64,000 nt of DNA from a virus (lineage: Duplodnaviria; Caudoviricetes), in IMG/VR virus record IMGVR_UViG_3300032007_000001; one strand, given 5' to 3'. The translations under genes and the position numbers were made by a program. The first letter of the stretch is position 1. Every line of letters starts with the position of its first letter. Shown piece by piece: positions 32,101-39,924 of this stretch. Below the pieces are notes generated by a model, which saw nothing but the letters and a program-made list of their open reading frames with translations, was not told the origin of the DNA and did no database searches.

Positions 32101-32115
32101 TGCAGACATAGACAT
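26194..32115 (-). CDS. Tape-measure-like protein B with lytic transglycosylase and CHAP/NlpC-like domains
   Basis: 1973 aa; AIMGQESGGDY...SGASGAFQIMPENW...AIAWYGG and GTVGCVEAAT...RGDVLVY...QHVNIADG..IYGNSS. Confidence 0.82.
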   Translation of the reverse strand: MSMSAVKAQKILSNKMNVLEGQIEKTKSSLLETIEKLTENKAKQELGMLIEWLDQTISLVSDAKKLIDVEQLVKQDISAIQEIEKTLDSAFLVLKEEFNESMHTGLDTSIVDSLQASLQQIANKKDDVANSIAKVSDHVGSFIDDRKVSALADKISSDQTKFFDAMPKFANGTKIDYDVKTKKLNIEKIIRDLEKSTSELQHSHEELQTPKRKIDERFLDDSIVLLRGISDVHENVKNLKEKLIDFKSEDKTNEVMLDYISSVKELSDGVREKINHLKTKDGSNKYLKKFLEVSHKLDDIFSKGTEALKEVMDEKTDYDSLTDDAKKKIQELDRLIEKIPEEIEANTKLLQFSELDEINFSHEAFKNQLKYIKQGGMLDDEVKNDLSKIGVSSKLYSDVFMIPNTNIMNEKFYANNLDMSRTLYETDNSLKEHMHEFDELFNNGIVSDESLSKIVEGMGGTLLKASEQQIGLINQFNVINNFNQSDIKVLDIYDKNLDKLINNYSIIINQLERVNVDSPYLKQFKEIRKKLADSKERINDIKTASKSFVDTMKDFFSSSKTFFAMVAGSTAMMMGGNSILDLITKAPSDVINRMQQLGLANYNLSRTDIAHGAPINRESNDALSYRASQAYYDLTYGSMDFPFVQNLYMNLYNNVGGNRFNTISQNQADMRYMATQLAADKELFGVSDASITKFVTSFYRDLGLSAEDTVKHFRKMEMMAIQNNVSVDTLADIIAPLAKNYREMGFSEMRVTGIMGSFSETTNLLIQDIGSIIASTGKAASGWQATSSKNWGKNMFFGMLTGESSAADAVTSALIPIDRFGNINNEYYDKMVDRIFAQATMFGEINDNVGQMTFVDRLRENGYSEKDSVELLGIAQTQGIDALKEKLKSIDQAKDPNAPIASMENYVAALGTAANELSEVQKLEAKYMSSINRIAHMLHVNFNDSLSDIVKKLTEKVEEFYNKMSELISKFLESKLGKKAWEFFENHPVASLLMLYTGGRIAKYVGTKLLKNLASLPMKLLTSAPATNAEKSLVTNVISHLDGLGRGQKTMLLAAIFAGATTLQDVIAEHSAKSEEQKLDEFLRSGDAKVQLVDKDKNRLIGGAAALALAAVTGYSLFKGRGKLGGLKNMFSRNAGKMGKLSKAQRRREAMARAGKLVERTTWRSAGKNFGTNLLMNVAFEGFFGDGDMDLSEIGKDTLIMSGSELAGEIGMGALATVLATKFHVKNPAQFINTFRRGGAFVGSMAPFALDYLSPSVAEASPLEMEGQDSSQRQMLANYYQTYLNQNMALNRNFGIMDERSAQNFGSMSPLSEDEELLRNHEDKKESLFVQSNTFGEAAMALGLSNREFSSLVSISLANHGMDWRKMNDDQQRLWLDKYKEFKKMYDDDQAAMFLASRSLKNNPFNTPELRKKIREALTKEWEDNTVKANWFAKKAQGLSGEDKDKYEMLANYYYHMDENPEDEDGFWFKQANNYHEMVKNYEIGNIAKILGEVYNGEALQVISASELKKAYSMLALSLKDQGELNDYIAANTEAKMKAMMGGFSLGGSSAGIEGVDAFMRAIMGQESGGDYDLINSDSGASGAFQIMPENWPYWAEAAGLGSGAPMTPENQNYVARYKMLEYYRKFGNWRDVAIAWYGGEGAVSYSEEEKSRVQSWDGTEYPSINEYADSVMRRMGVAGSGSLSGGSSGGGGATSYFSIDNGVLTGGNDLLEQGYQRYAGVTMDNGTVGCVEAATKIGAYYNSFLKEELDKGVVGVEQLANDANARGLLQVYNGSNVQRGDVLVYMTDDGSDYQHVNIADGAGGIYGNSSGRNMVVHDDEYYKDPTYVIKTGGGSSMYSPGQMLNLPQGKPKDDRPLQEQVNDMSKIAEYASGGKVTYGGLTDNMNVDPTQSYQSVDEKRKEIMGNMGMSETEIKARMDNVMEKLSSVSELLKTEPKLTEKPKDKSTLVKIIQEIAEEFMDDVEIVSDSAIA

Positions 32116-32142
32116 AGTATATCAGCTCCTAAAAATATAAAT

Positions 32143-32175
32143 AAAAAAAGAAATGGCATAAAAACCATTTCTTTT
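32143..32175 (-). terminator. Terminator between TMP-C and TMP-B
   Basis: AAAAGAAATGG-loop-CCATTTCTTTT followed by a U-run on the minus strand. Confidence 0.7.
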
Positions 32176-32182
32176 AATTTTT

Positions 32183-35100
32183 TTATTGTGGAGCCACAGC
32201 TTCTTCCATAATTTGATGAGATTCTTCGGAGTTTCTAACATAATTGCCATATACATTTTCATGCACTTTGCTCATTGCATACGTCATGGCATTTATAACA
32301 TATGCTTTAGATACTCCTCCACCAATAACATTAAGATTAACGTTAACATTATTTTTAGAATCTATATCATTTTGTTTTTTCCAGTCTTCTTCAGCTCTTT
32401 CTGCATCTGACGTATCATATCTACCAGCACTAGAAGAATATGCATTTTCAGCACTTTGAGCTGCTCTATCTGTTGCTTCCATAGCGGCTTCATTGAACCA
32501 TGTTGTTTTTCCAGTATATCCGTTTTCATCCCTGAATTTCTTTTCCATTTTTTCAATCATTTCTCTACCAGAAGAATGATATTGTACCATTTGACCGGTT
32601 TTTTCATCATATGAAAAGAATCCTTGTTGATTGAAACCATATAAATCCTTATCTGTAACTCCAGAATTAAGATAGAAATCATCCAATACTCCTTGCGGAG
32701 TCATAAAACGTTCTCTTTCTCTTCCTGACGCCGTTAATCCAGTAAGCATCATTCTGCCAGTAGCAATTCTATTATCCCAACCATTTCTATTCGCAAATTC
32801 AAGTAAATTCTTTTGTTGCGTTCTAACTTGGTCTGTTGCTGTTTGTAATGCTTTTGATGGGTCTGCTAAACTTTTTATTCTTTCTTCTGGTGTTTGATTT
32901 TGATTTGATTGTTGTTGTGTTTGACTAGCTATATTAGATGCTGCTGGTATGCCATTGATTGCATAATTATTTAAGTCTGGATTTTCTACAATTTGACCAT
33001 TTTTGGTCATTTCAAAATACATTTGGTCTCCAACTGTATCGCCAATATATTCTCCAGCTTTTATTGCTGCACCTTCAGCAAATCCAGAAACATCACCAAG
33101 ATTACCATATTTAGCAATAATATTGTTGCCATGATTAACTTCTACAACGCCACCAAGTTTTTCATCTTGATATGCTTTTAATACATTACCAGCGCCGATT
33201 GTACTGATTTTAGTTCCAGCATCAACGCTATATGTATTACCCATAATGCCGGCTTCTTTATTAACACCGGATAAAAGTTCTGCACTTGCAATGCCACTAA
33301 ATAATGGAAGTTTTTTAATGCCGGTCATATTTTCATTTGTTTTTTCGGCATTATCAACGTTATCTTTTACTTCTTTATCATTTATTGTAATTTTTTTAGG
33401 ATAATTTTCTGCAGCATGTTTACCAATTTCTTTAGCAGTTGTTTCTGTATGAGGAGCCAACAAAGTAGACAAATCTGAATGAAGATTTGCACTAACGGTA
33501 CCACCCGTTTGTTTGTTCTTAAATTCATCAATTAATTTATCTGTTATATCTTTTGCTAATTTGTCTGTGTCTCCAGATAATCTATATTTTGCATTATCAC
33601 TAACAAGTTCATATATTTTATCATAAATTTTTTGATTATCTTTTAATTTTCCAGTATTTGTACCAGTATAATATTCCATATCTGATAAAGATTCATCATT
33701 TAATATATCAGCAAATTCTCCAGCTAAATTTTGTGATGCTTTATCTTTACCATCTTCGTAATAATCTCTTGCCGTTTGATATTTTCCTTTGAATTGAGCA
33801 TTATTCAATCCACTTTGTGATAATCCTCTATTTATTGCTTCTTTTAATAATTCTGGATTATCCAATGTTTGTTGTGTTAATTGTTGTTTTTGTTCACCAA
33901 CAATATCACCAGCAACAATCGCAGCTGTTAAATCGCCATAACCTCTTGTTTTCAATTCTTTGAAAATTTGGTCCATATATTGTTGTTGGTCCTGCGTCAA
34001 TTTGGTCATGGTAGTACCATGTTTTTTCAATTGTTCTTCAGCCGCTCTAGCTCTATTATCATTACTATTAATTAAGCTATTTGTATCGTCTGTATATTTA
34101 TCTGATGCCCATTTAGATGCGTCTAAATAATCTTCACCCATCTTTTGGCCATCGTTATCGCCGATACCAAAAGCATCTTTCAAATAATCTCCAGCTTTAT
34201 CTCCTAAGAAACCACCAATAGCCATACCAGCCATTGTGCCAAGTGGTCCCCCAAGGCTTCCGATTGCACCACCAAGAACTGAACCAGCTGTAGCGGAGCC
34301 ACCAGAAATTAAGAATCTACCAAATCTTTCTCCTAATGTAAATTGATCAGGATTATTCATATATCCGCCAATTTCATTAAATCCAGCACCTATAAAGTTT
34401 GCTAATGCATTACCTTTAGCAAACGTTCCAAGTGTAGACATTGGAGCAGAAAGCGAACCACTTTTTGCCATTCCAATAATTCCACCAAGGAATCCTCCAC
34501 CAGCCGATACCATATCACCTAATGGAGCATTTGATGTTTGTGAAGAAAATTGTTGAGATAAACGTTTTTCTATTGCTGCTCTATCCAAATTATTAACTGA
34601 AACTTGAGATTCTGGACTAACGGTATCTAATCTTGTAGCAGCTTCTTGAATTCTTTGATTTGCTTCTTCAATTGAGCGTGCCATTCGTTCTTCTTCACTA
34701 TCGCCAGCTTCGCTTGGAGCTATTTGTTCAAATTTTGGCATAGCCCCAGTTCCGCCTTTTCCATTTTCAATTTGAACTTTTACATCGCCACTTGAAAATG
34801 TACTTTGCAGAGAAGAAATAACATCTCCAATATTGCTTGCTAAATAAGCACCGCCAGCAACCGCTGCGGCACCAAGAGCCAATTTTTTTCCTCTTGACAT
34901 ATTTTTAATGAATTTTGCTCCAGTACCAAGAGCTTTGGGGTCTCTTGTTATTCCATATTTTGCAAAATCTGTTGCTACATTTAATGCACCACGTCCAGCT
35001 GTATATGCTAGAGCTCCGCCAGCTAATAATCCTGGAAAATTGGTTGTAGCCAAATTTCCAAGAGCTTGTCCGGTTTCAGTACCAGCAAACTTTGTAAATG

Positions 35101-38100
35101 CTTCAATTACATGTTCAACAGCACCTACAACAGTGTTCAGACCTTTACCAAACGTATCAACTAAACTCTTTAATGGTTTATCTAAATCTTTTTCAATAAC
35201 TTCTCCAAGGTGCTTTTCTGCCATTGCTACAGCCGCCTGAGCTTGCGTTACTGCAGATAATTGAGAACCAGATGCTCTTATCTTTTCTGTAGCTTCTCTG
35301 GTTGCGTCAGTTAATCTTTGTTCTATTCCTTCTTTTTCTTCGTCTGCTTTCTTTAATAAATCAGCAAAACGTTCCATATCATTATTAAGATATGCGTCTG
35401 TAAGCATTGATACTGATGTTGGTGAATAACCGCGCTTACTTAATTGTTCAGAAACAAGCCATGCACCAAGTTGAGAACCTGGACCACCGCCAATCATTCC
35501 CATTAATCCTGTTTCAGCAAACAAACGTTGCGCCATCATTGGATAATAGCCTTCCATTGGCTTACCGTTGCTGTCAACCATTTGACGCCCAGAAACTATA
35601 TTTCCAAATATATCATTGCCTTGGCCAGACATCATTGCATAGAAAGCACTTGCTCCTGGGTCATTAAATCCCATTCCTCTTGCAGCATGAGCAGTATCTG
35701 AAAGAAGACGAGAAGCATCTTCTTGTCTTACGCCTTTGCTGACCATAGCTTTCATAGCGCCTTCTACTTCTTCAGCAGTTAAGCCATATTCACGCAATCC
35801 ACCAATTAAATTTGACATAGCATTGATATAATTGCTAACTGGAATACCTGCTTGCTGAGCAGTTTGCGCCATACGTACCATCATATAACTCGCTTCATCA
35901 GCTGCCATACCCATATCTTTATAGGTATTTTTCATAAATGATGCCACGTCATTATCACTTAATTGATATTGTTGAGCTATTGCAAATGTACTTTCCGTTA
36001 TACGAAACATATCATTTTGAGCATCGGTTGGTGAAGAACCATAATGTCCACCAACACCACGTCTCAAAGCTAAATTAAAGTTTTTAACTTGGTCAAGTCC
36101 AATTTGTCCGCCAGACGCTTTGAAATATTCATCGGCCATGTTATTTATCATATATGATGCTTGGCCACGATTCAAATCTGCACCCATAGCAAAATCAGCA
36201 CGTGCCAATTCATAACGAGATTTACCCATGTTACGATATTGATTAAAAGCGTTAGACCCAATTTTTGTCAAGTTGCTTAATGTTGGCGCAAGCATACCAA
36301 GACCCATCATTCCCATACCAGAGACAAAAGCACCATGTACAGAACTGAGTCCAGATACTGCCGATTTGACCATATCTCCTAAGTCAAAACCATCATCTTT
36401 TATATCTTTAATTTTTTCGGCTGTCTTCGATAATTCAGCTTCTAAACTTCTAAGATGTTCTAATGATTTATCTTTGGGGTCAAATTGAGAAATAGCTGCT
36501 ATGGCGGCACGTAAAGATTCCAATGCTGCATCAGATGACTTTAAGAACGAATCAAGCATTTGCTTGTCGTCCTCATCCAATAACTTATATTGTCCTCTTT
36601 TAAGATTTATGTTATTTAATCCTGCTAAATGAGCTTGGGCTGAATTTGTTGCAGCTGTATCTAAAAAGCCAATTTGAGCTCTAGCGGCTTCAACATCTCC
36701 AGCTTCTTTATATATTGGAAGATATTGCAGCGATTTACTAAGTTCAGATGCAGATACGCTACTAGCTCTAAATGCGTCTTGCATCTGATTTTGGAACTGT
36801 CCTCTATTTCCGAGGAAATTTCCAGCAACAGAACGATAAAACATCGGCAATGCATTTCTATCAGCTTTTAATGAACCAGCTGTAAAATGCATCATCGCGT
36901 CTTGCAATAAATTTTGTTCACTTGAAATTGCTTGGCCACCTTTTTCATAAAATCCTTGTGCCAAAGCAATGTTTGACTTATTATATTGTTCTGTTCCAGG
37001 CTGATTAGCTCTTGCTATATTTTCAACTAATTTTCTATTTGATTCTTCTATTAAGCTACTTAATTTTCCTTGGAAAATATTTTTTACATCATCAGCAGTA
37101 GACTTTAAGTTTTCTACTTCTTCTTCCAAGTAATGTATAGCATTTCTAAAATCGTCAGTGCCAGCTCTTTCACCAAGAACCTTGAAAGTATTTTTCATAT
37201 TTTCTTGGTTAACGATAGCTGTCTTTGCAAAACGGTCCATTTCGGATATTAGAGGAATTAGGTCATCTAAACCTAAATCTCCAACGTCTTCGTTATTTAA
37301 GTTTCCTATTAGTTCTGTTATTTGCTTAGAAGCATTTAATAGACTGGCTTGATTATCTGGATTTAATAGATTTTGTAAATTTTCTATATTATTATCTTTT
37401 ACTGCCTTTATAATTTCACTAATAGCAGAACTTGTATTGGCTGTAGTATAACCAGATAATTTTTCAAAAAAATCTTTTGCTACTTTTTCAGTAATTCCGT
37501 AATTCTTAAAAACTTCTTTATATTGAAGCGTTAATAAATCAATTAATTCTTTATTTTGTTCTGCAATTTCATTTGCTGTATCTAATTGTTTGGTTTGACT
37601 TGCTAATACTTCAGTTGTTTTATCTACACTATCTGCAACGTTTATTGTCGATTCGGATAAATTTTCAGCTGTTTTTGCAGTCTGTTGAATTGTACCTACG
37701 TATTGCTCTAATATATTTATTAAATTTTTTACTTCTTCGGGTTTGCAACTTTGAGAAACTACATCAATTAGATGACTTACGTCTTCCATTTGCGTTAAAA
37801 ATTTCTCAACAAATTCACTAGCTTTTGATTTTTCCAAACCTTCATTTAATGCAGTAATTATTGCGTTAACATCAACGCTGTTTATATCATCTTTTATTTT
37901 TTGTGTTGCATTATTAACTGTTTGAACTATCTCTTGTACTTTACTAGAAACACCAATATTTCTAAAATCATTAATTGCATTTTTAAGTTGCGTCACTTTA
38001 TCAGCAAGAGTTGAGATAGCTGAAACCGCATTTTGTGGAACGTCTTTTCCTTGGTCAATAAGTTTTTGCATCTTATTGATTATTTCGTCCATTTGTCGTT

Positions 38101-38431
38101 CGCATCTATCTACAGTTTCACTCATATCTCTAACGGACGAAATCATTCTAGTTTGTTGAGAATTCAAACCATTTGAAGGAGTTGCAATTTGAGAAGTACT
38201 TTCCATAGTTACAACAGAACCATGGTCTTCTCCAGAACGACCTGTAGATTCATTATTCGTTACACCAAGTTTAATTGAACCGTCGGCATTAAAATTGCTA
38301 GAATTTGGAGTAATATACCGACCACGTTGTTGCGTAGCTATATCATTTGCTTTTTGGTCAAAATTATCAGCAATTGTTCCTATTGTAACGTTTTTATTAC
38401 TTGTATTAAATTTTAACAATGTATTTTCCAA
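32183..38431 (-). CDS. Tape-measure-like protein C with degenerate M23 peptidase domain
   Basis: 2082 aa; GGVVEVNHGNNIIAKYGNL...IKAGEYIG...QMYFEMTKNGQIVENP; follows the long tail chaperone. Confidence 0.82.
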   Translation of the reverse strand: MENTLLKFNTSNKNVTIGTIADNFDQKANDIATQQRGRYITPNSSNFNADGSIKLGVTNNESTGRSGEDHGSVVTMESTSQIATPSNGLNSQQTRMISSVRDMSETVDRCERQMDEIINKMQKLIDQGKDVPQNAVSAISTLADKVTQLKNAINDFRNIGVSSKVQEIVQTVNNATQKIKDDINSVDVNAIITALNEGLEKSKASEFVEKFLTQMEDVSHLIDVVSQSCKPEEVKNLINILEQYVGTIQQTAKTAENLSESTINVADSVDKTTEVLASQTKQLDTANEIAEQNKELIDLLTLQYKEVFKNYGITEKVAKDFFEKLSGYTTANTSSAISEIIKAVKDNNIENLQNLLNPDNQASLLNASKQITELIGNLNNEDVGDLGLDDLIPLISEMDRFAKTAIVNQENMKNTFKVLGERAGTDDFRNAIHYLEEEVENLKSTADDVKNIFQGKLSSLIEESNRKLVENIARANQPGTEQYNKSNIALAQGFYEKGGQAISSEQNLLQDAMMHFTAGSLKADRNALPMFYRSVAGNFLGNRGQFQNQMQDAFRASSVSASELSKSLQYLPIYKEAGDVEAARAQIGFLDTAATNSAQAHLAGLNNINLKRGQYKLLDEDDKQMLDSFLKSSDAALESLRAAIAAISQFDPKDKSLEHLRSLEAELSKTAEKIKDIKDDGFDLGDMVKSAVSGLSSVHGAFVSGMGMMGLGMLAPTLSNLTKIGSNAFNQYRNMGKSRYELARADFAMGADLNRGQASYMINNMADEYFKASGGQIGLDQVKNFNLALRRGVGGHYGSSPTDAQNDMFRITESTFAIAQQYQLSDNDVASFMKNTYKDMGMAADEASYMMVRMAQTAQQAGIPVSNYINAMSNLIGGLREYGLTAEEVEGAMKAMVSKGVRQEDASRLLSDTAHAARGMGFNDPGASAFYAMMSGQGNDIFGNIVSGRQMVDSNGKPMEGYYPMMAQRLFAETGLMGMIGGGPGSQLGAWLVSEQLSKRGYSPTSVSMLTDAYLNNDMERFADLLKKADEEKEGIEQRLTDATREATEKIRASGSQLSAVTQAQAAVAMAEKHLGEVIEKDLDKPLKSLVDTFGKGLNTVVGAVEHVIEAFTKFAGTETGQALGNLATTNFPGLLAGGALAYTAGRGALNVATDFAKYGITRDPKALGTGAKFIKNMSRGKKLALGAAAVAGGAYLASNIGDVISSLQSTFSSGDVKVQIENGKGGTGAMPKFEQIAPSEAGDSEEERMARSIEEANQRIQEAATRLDTVSPESQVSVNNLDRAAIEKRLSQQFSSQTSNAPLGDMVSAGGGFLGGIIGMAKSGSLSAPMSTLGTFAKGNALANFIGAGFNEIGGYMNNPDQFTLGERFGRFLISGGSATAGSVLGGAIGSLGGPLGTMAGMAIGGFLGDKAGDYLKDAFGIGDNDGQKMGEDYLDASKWASDKYTDDTNSLINSNDNRARAAEEQLKKHGTTMTKLTQDQQQYMDQIFKELKTRGYGDLTAAIVAGDIVGEQKQQLTQQTLDNPELLKEAINRGLSQSGLNNAQFKGKYQTARDYYEDGKDKASQNLAGEFADILNDESLSDMEYYTGTNTGKLKDNQKIYDKIYELVSDNAKYRLSGDTDKLAKDITDKLIDEFKNKQTGGTVSANLHSDLSTLLAPHTETTAKEIGKHAAENYPKKITINDKEVKDNVDNAEKTNENMTGIKKLPLFSGIASAELLSGVNKEAGIMGNTYSVDAGTKISTIGAGNVLKAYQDEKLGGVVEVNHGNNIIAKYGNLGDVSGFAEGAAIKAGEYIGDTVGDQMYFEMTKNGQIVENPDLNNYAINGIPAASNIASQTQQQSNQNQTPEERIKSLADPSKALQTATDQVRTQQKNLLEFANRNGWDNRIATGRMMLTGLTASGRERERFMTPQGVLDDFYLNSGVTDKDLYGFNQQGFFSYDEKTGQMVQYHSSGREMIEKMEKKFRDENGYTGKTTWFNEAAMEATDRAAQSAENAYSSSAGRYDTSDAERAEEDWKKQNDIDSKNNVNVNLNVIGGGVSKAYVINAMTYAMSKVHENVYGNYVRNSEESHQIMEEAVAPQ

Positions 38432-38443
38432 CTATCTCACCTC

Positions 38444-39343
38444 CTATTCAATTGGAGTTATAGTATCAAAATCTTCTTCTTGTTTATCTTTTTTATGCAT
38501 TTCATTATATTGATTAACATATTTTTCATTATTCATAACTCTATCAAAGAATTGTTCTGGAGTTTCATTAGAATCTCCCTTTTGGTCACTACTTGGAAGT
38601 TCTACGAATTCTTCTCCTTCTTCCATCATGGCTTTCAATTTCATATCAAAATCATCGTCAACAGTTGTACTTCCATAAGTAATTTGAGTATTACCATTCA
38701 TTTCTACATGTCCGCCATGATTTTGAATAGATTTATTAACACTTTCACTTTCTTTTATTTTTTTCCAAAGTTCTGGATTGACAAACATGCATAAATAATC
38801 TCTCTTTGCTTTTTCAAGCGTTTCATCATCGTTCATTTTTTCCTGCATGTTGTACCAATACCAAAGCCATTGGTAATCATTCATATCTTTTACTCGTTGT
38901 TCTGTTGGTAAAGCATGTGCATCTTGCATAACCAAAAATTTTATTCTATCAAAACTTGGTTTTGCAAAAGATTTTATAATTTCTTCATGCATTAATGCTT
39001 CGTTTTGAAGTTTTTCTAATTCTGTATATTCTTTGTAAAGGATTTTGAACATTTTTTCTGACATTTTATCGAACAATTTTTCAGATTGTTCTTCTTCAAT
39101 AGTTAAGCCATTTATTGATAAAAGTGCTTTCGTTAATACTTTATTTTCATAAGTACGTTGTTTAATGATATCTTCTGATTTCAAAAAAGAAACGAACGTA
39201 ACTATATCATCGTGCTCCTGCGGAGACAATGTACGAAATACCCACGTCTTATCAAATTTTTCAAATTCTTTTGTGGCATAACCTTGATAAATAAACTGTC
39301 TTATGAGTTGTTTCATCAATTCTTCGTTTTCCAAAACATTCAA
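38444..39343 (-). CDS. Tail assembly chaperone, long (gpGT-like) form
   Basis: 299 aa directly upstream of a tape-measure gene; G-like N-terminus plus LPTEQRVKDMNDYQWLWYWYN. Confidence 0.62.
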   Translation of the reverse strand: MNVLENEELMKQLIRQFIYQGYATKEFEKFDKTWVFRTLSPQEHDDIVTFVSFLKSEDIIKQRTYENKVLTKALLSINGLTIEEEQSEKLFDKMSEKMFKILYKEYTELEKLQNEALMHEEIIKSFAKPSFDRIKFLVMQDAHALPTEQRVKDMNDYQWLWYWYNMQEKMNDDETLEKAKRDYLCMFVNPELWKKIKESESVNKSIQNHGGHVEMNGNTQITYGSTTVDDDFDMKLKAMMEEGEEFVELPSSDQKGDSNETPEQFFDRVMNNEKYVNQYNEMHKKDKQEEDFDTITPIE

Positions 39344-39458
39344 TCCTTTACAATTTTACTCTAATAATTAAATAAAGCTAAAAACAAAAAAAGTAATAGA
39401 AAAGTTACTTAAATTTAATGAGAATTTTAATATTCTCATTTTTTTCATCCTAAAACTA

Positions 39459-39487
39459 TTTACACATAATTGAAATTATGATATAAT
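39459..39487 (+). promoter_or_regulatory. Sigma-A/70-type early promoter
   Basis: AAAACTA-TTTACA-17 nt-TATAAT with TGn extension. Confidence 0.8.
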
Positions 39488-39501
39488 TACAATGAATTGA
39501 G

Positions 39502-39924
39502 GTGAAAATAGTGTACGATGACATCATCTATACAAATAAAGAATTTCATATGATTAATAAAGGGTATTTATACAATACGTTGCGTATAGCTCTTTTTAAT
39601 GTAAGTGTTGTCGACAATAAATTCTTCTCAATCAATTCATTAGAATTTCATTTTGATATGAATAACGAATTACAAGCTATTTCTTTGTATATCAATTTCA
39701 AAAAATGCAAAAAGAAAAATCTTGTACCATTGCAATTAACTCCAGCCCAATTTTTTGATAAAGAAAATAATTTTTTCTTTTGGAATACTATATATCGTTT
39801 TTTACCGTGTCCAAAACATTTTGAAAAATGGATAATTGATGACAGTAAAAAAGCAATAAATCCATTGATTAAAAAAGCAAACAATAATTTATTGCATTCG
39901 TTAAAAACATATTTTGGATTTTAA
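39502..39924 (+). CDS. Hypothetical early protein, paralogue family member 1
   Basis: 140 aa; LTPAQF...FWNTI...CPKHFEK aligns with the next two genes. The start is probably GTG at 39511. Confidence 0.75.
   Translation: MKIVYDDIIYTNKEFHMINKGYLYNTLRIALFNVSVVDNKFFSINSLEFHFDMNNELQAISLYINFKKCKKKNLVPLQLTPAQFFDKENNFFFWNTIYRFLPCPKHFEKWIIDDSKKAINPLIKKANNNLLHSLKTYFGF

Noticed and set aside
19655-38431. One giant TMP split by errors, or an assembly-duplication artefact
   Set aside because: Each gene has its own SD and repeats the same motif series, terminators separate them, and the copies are highly diverged at the DNA level.
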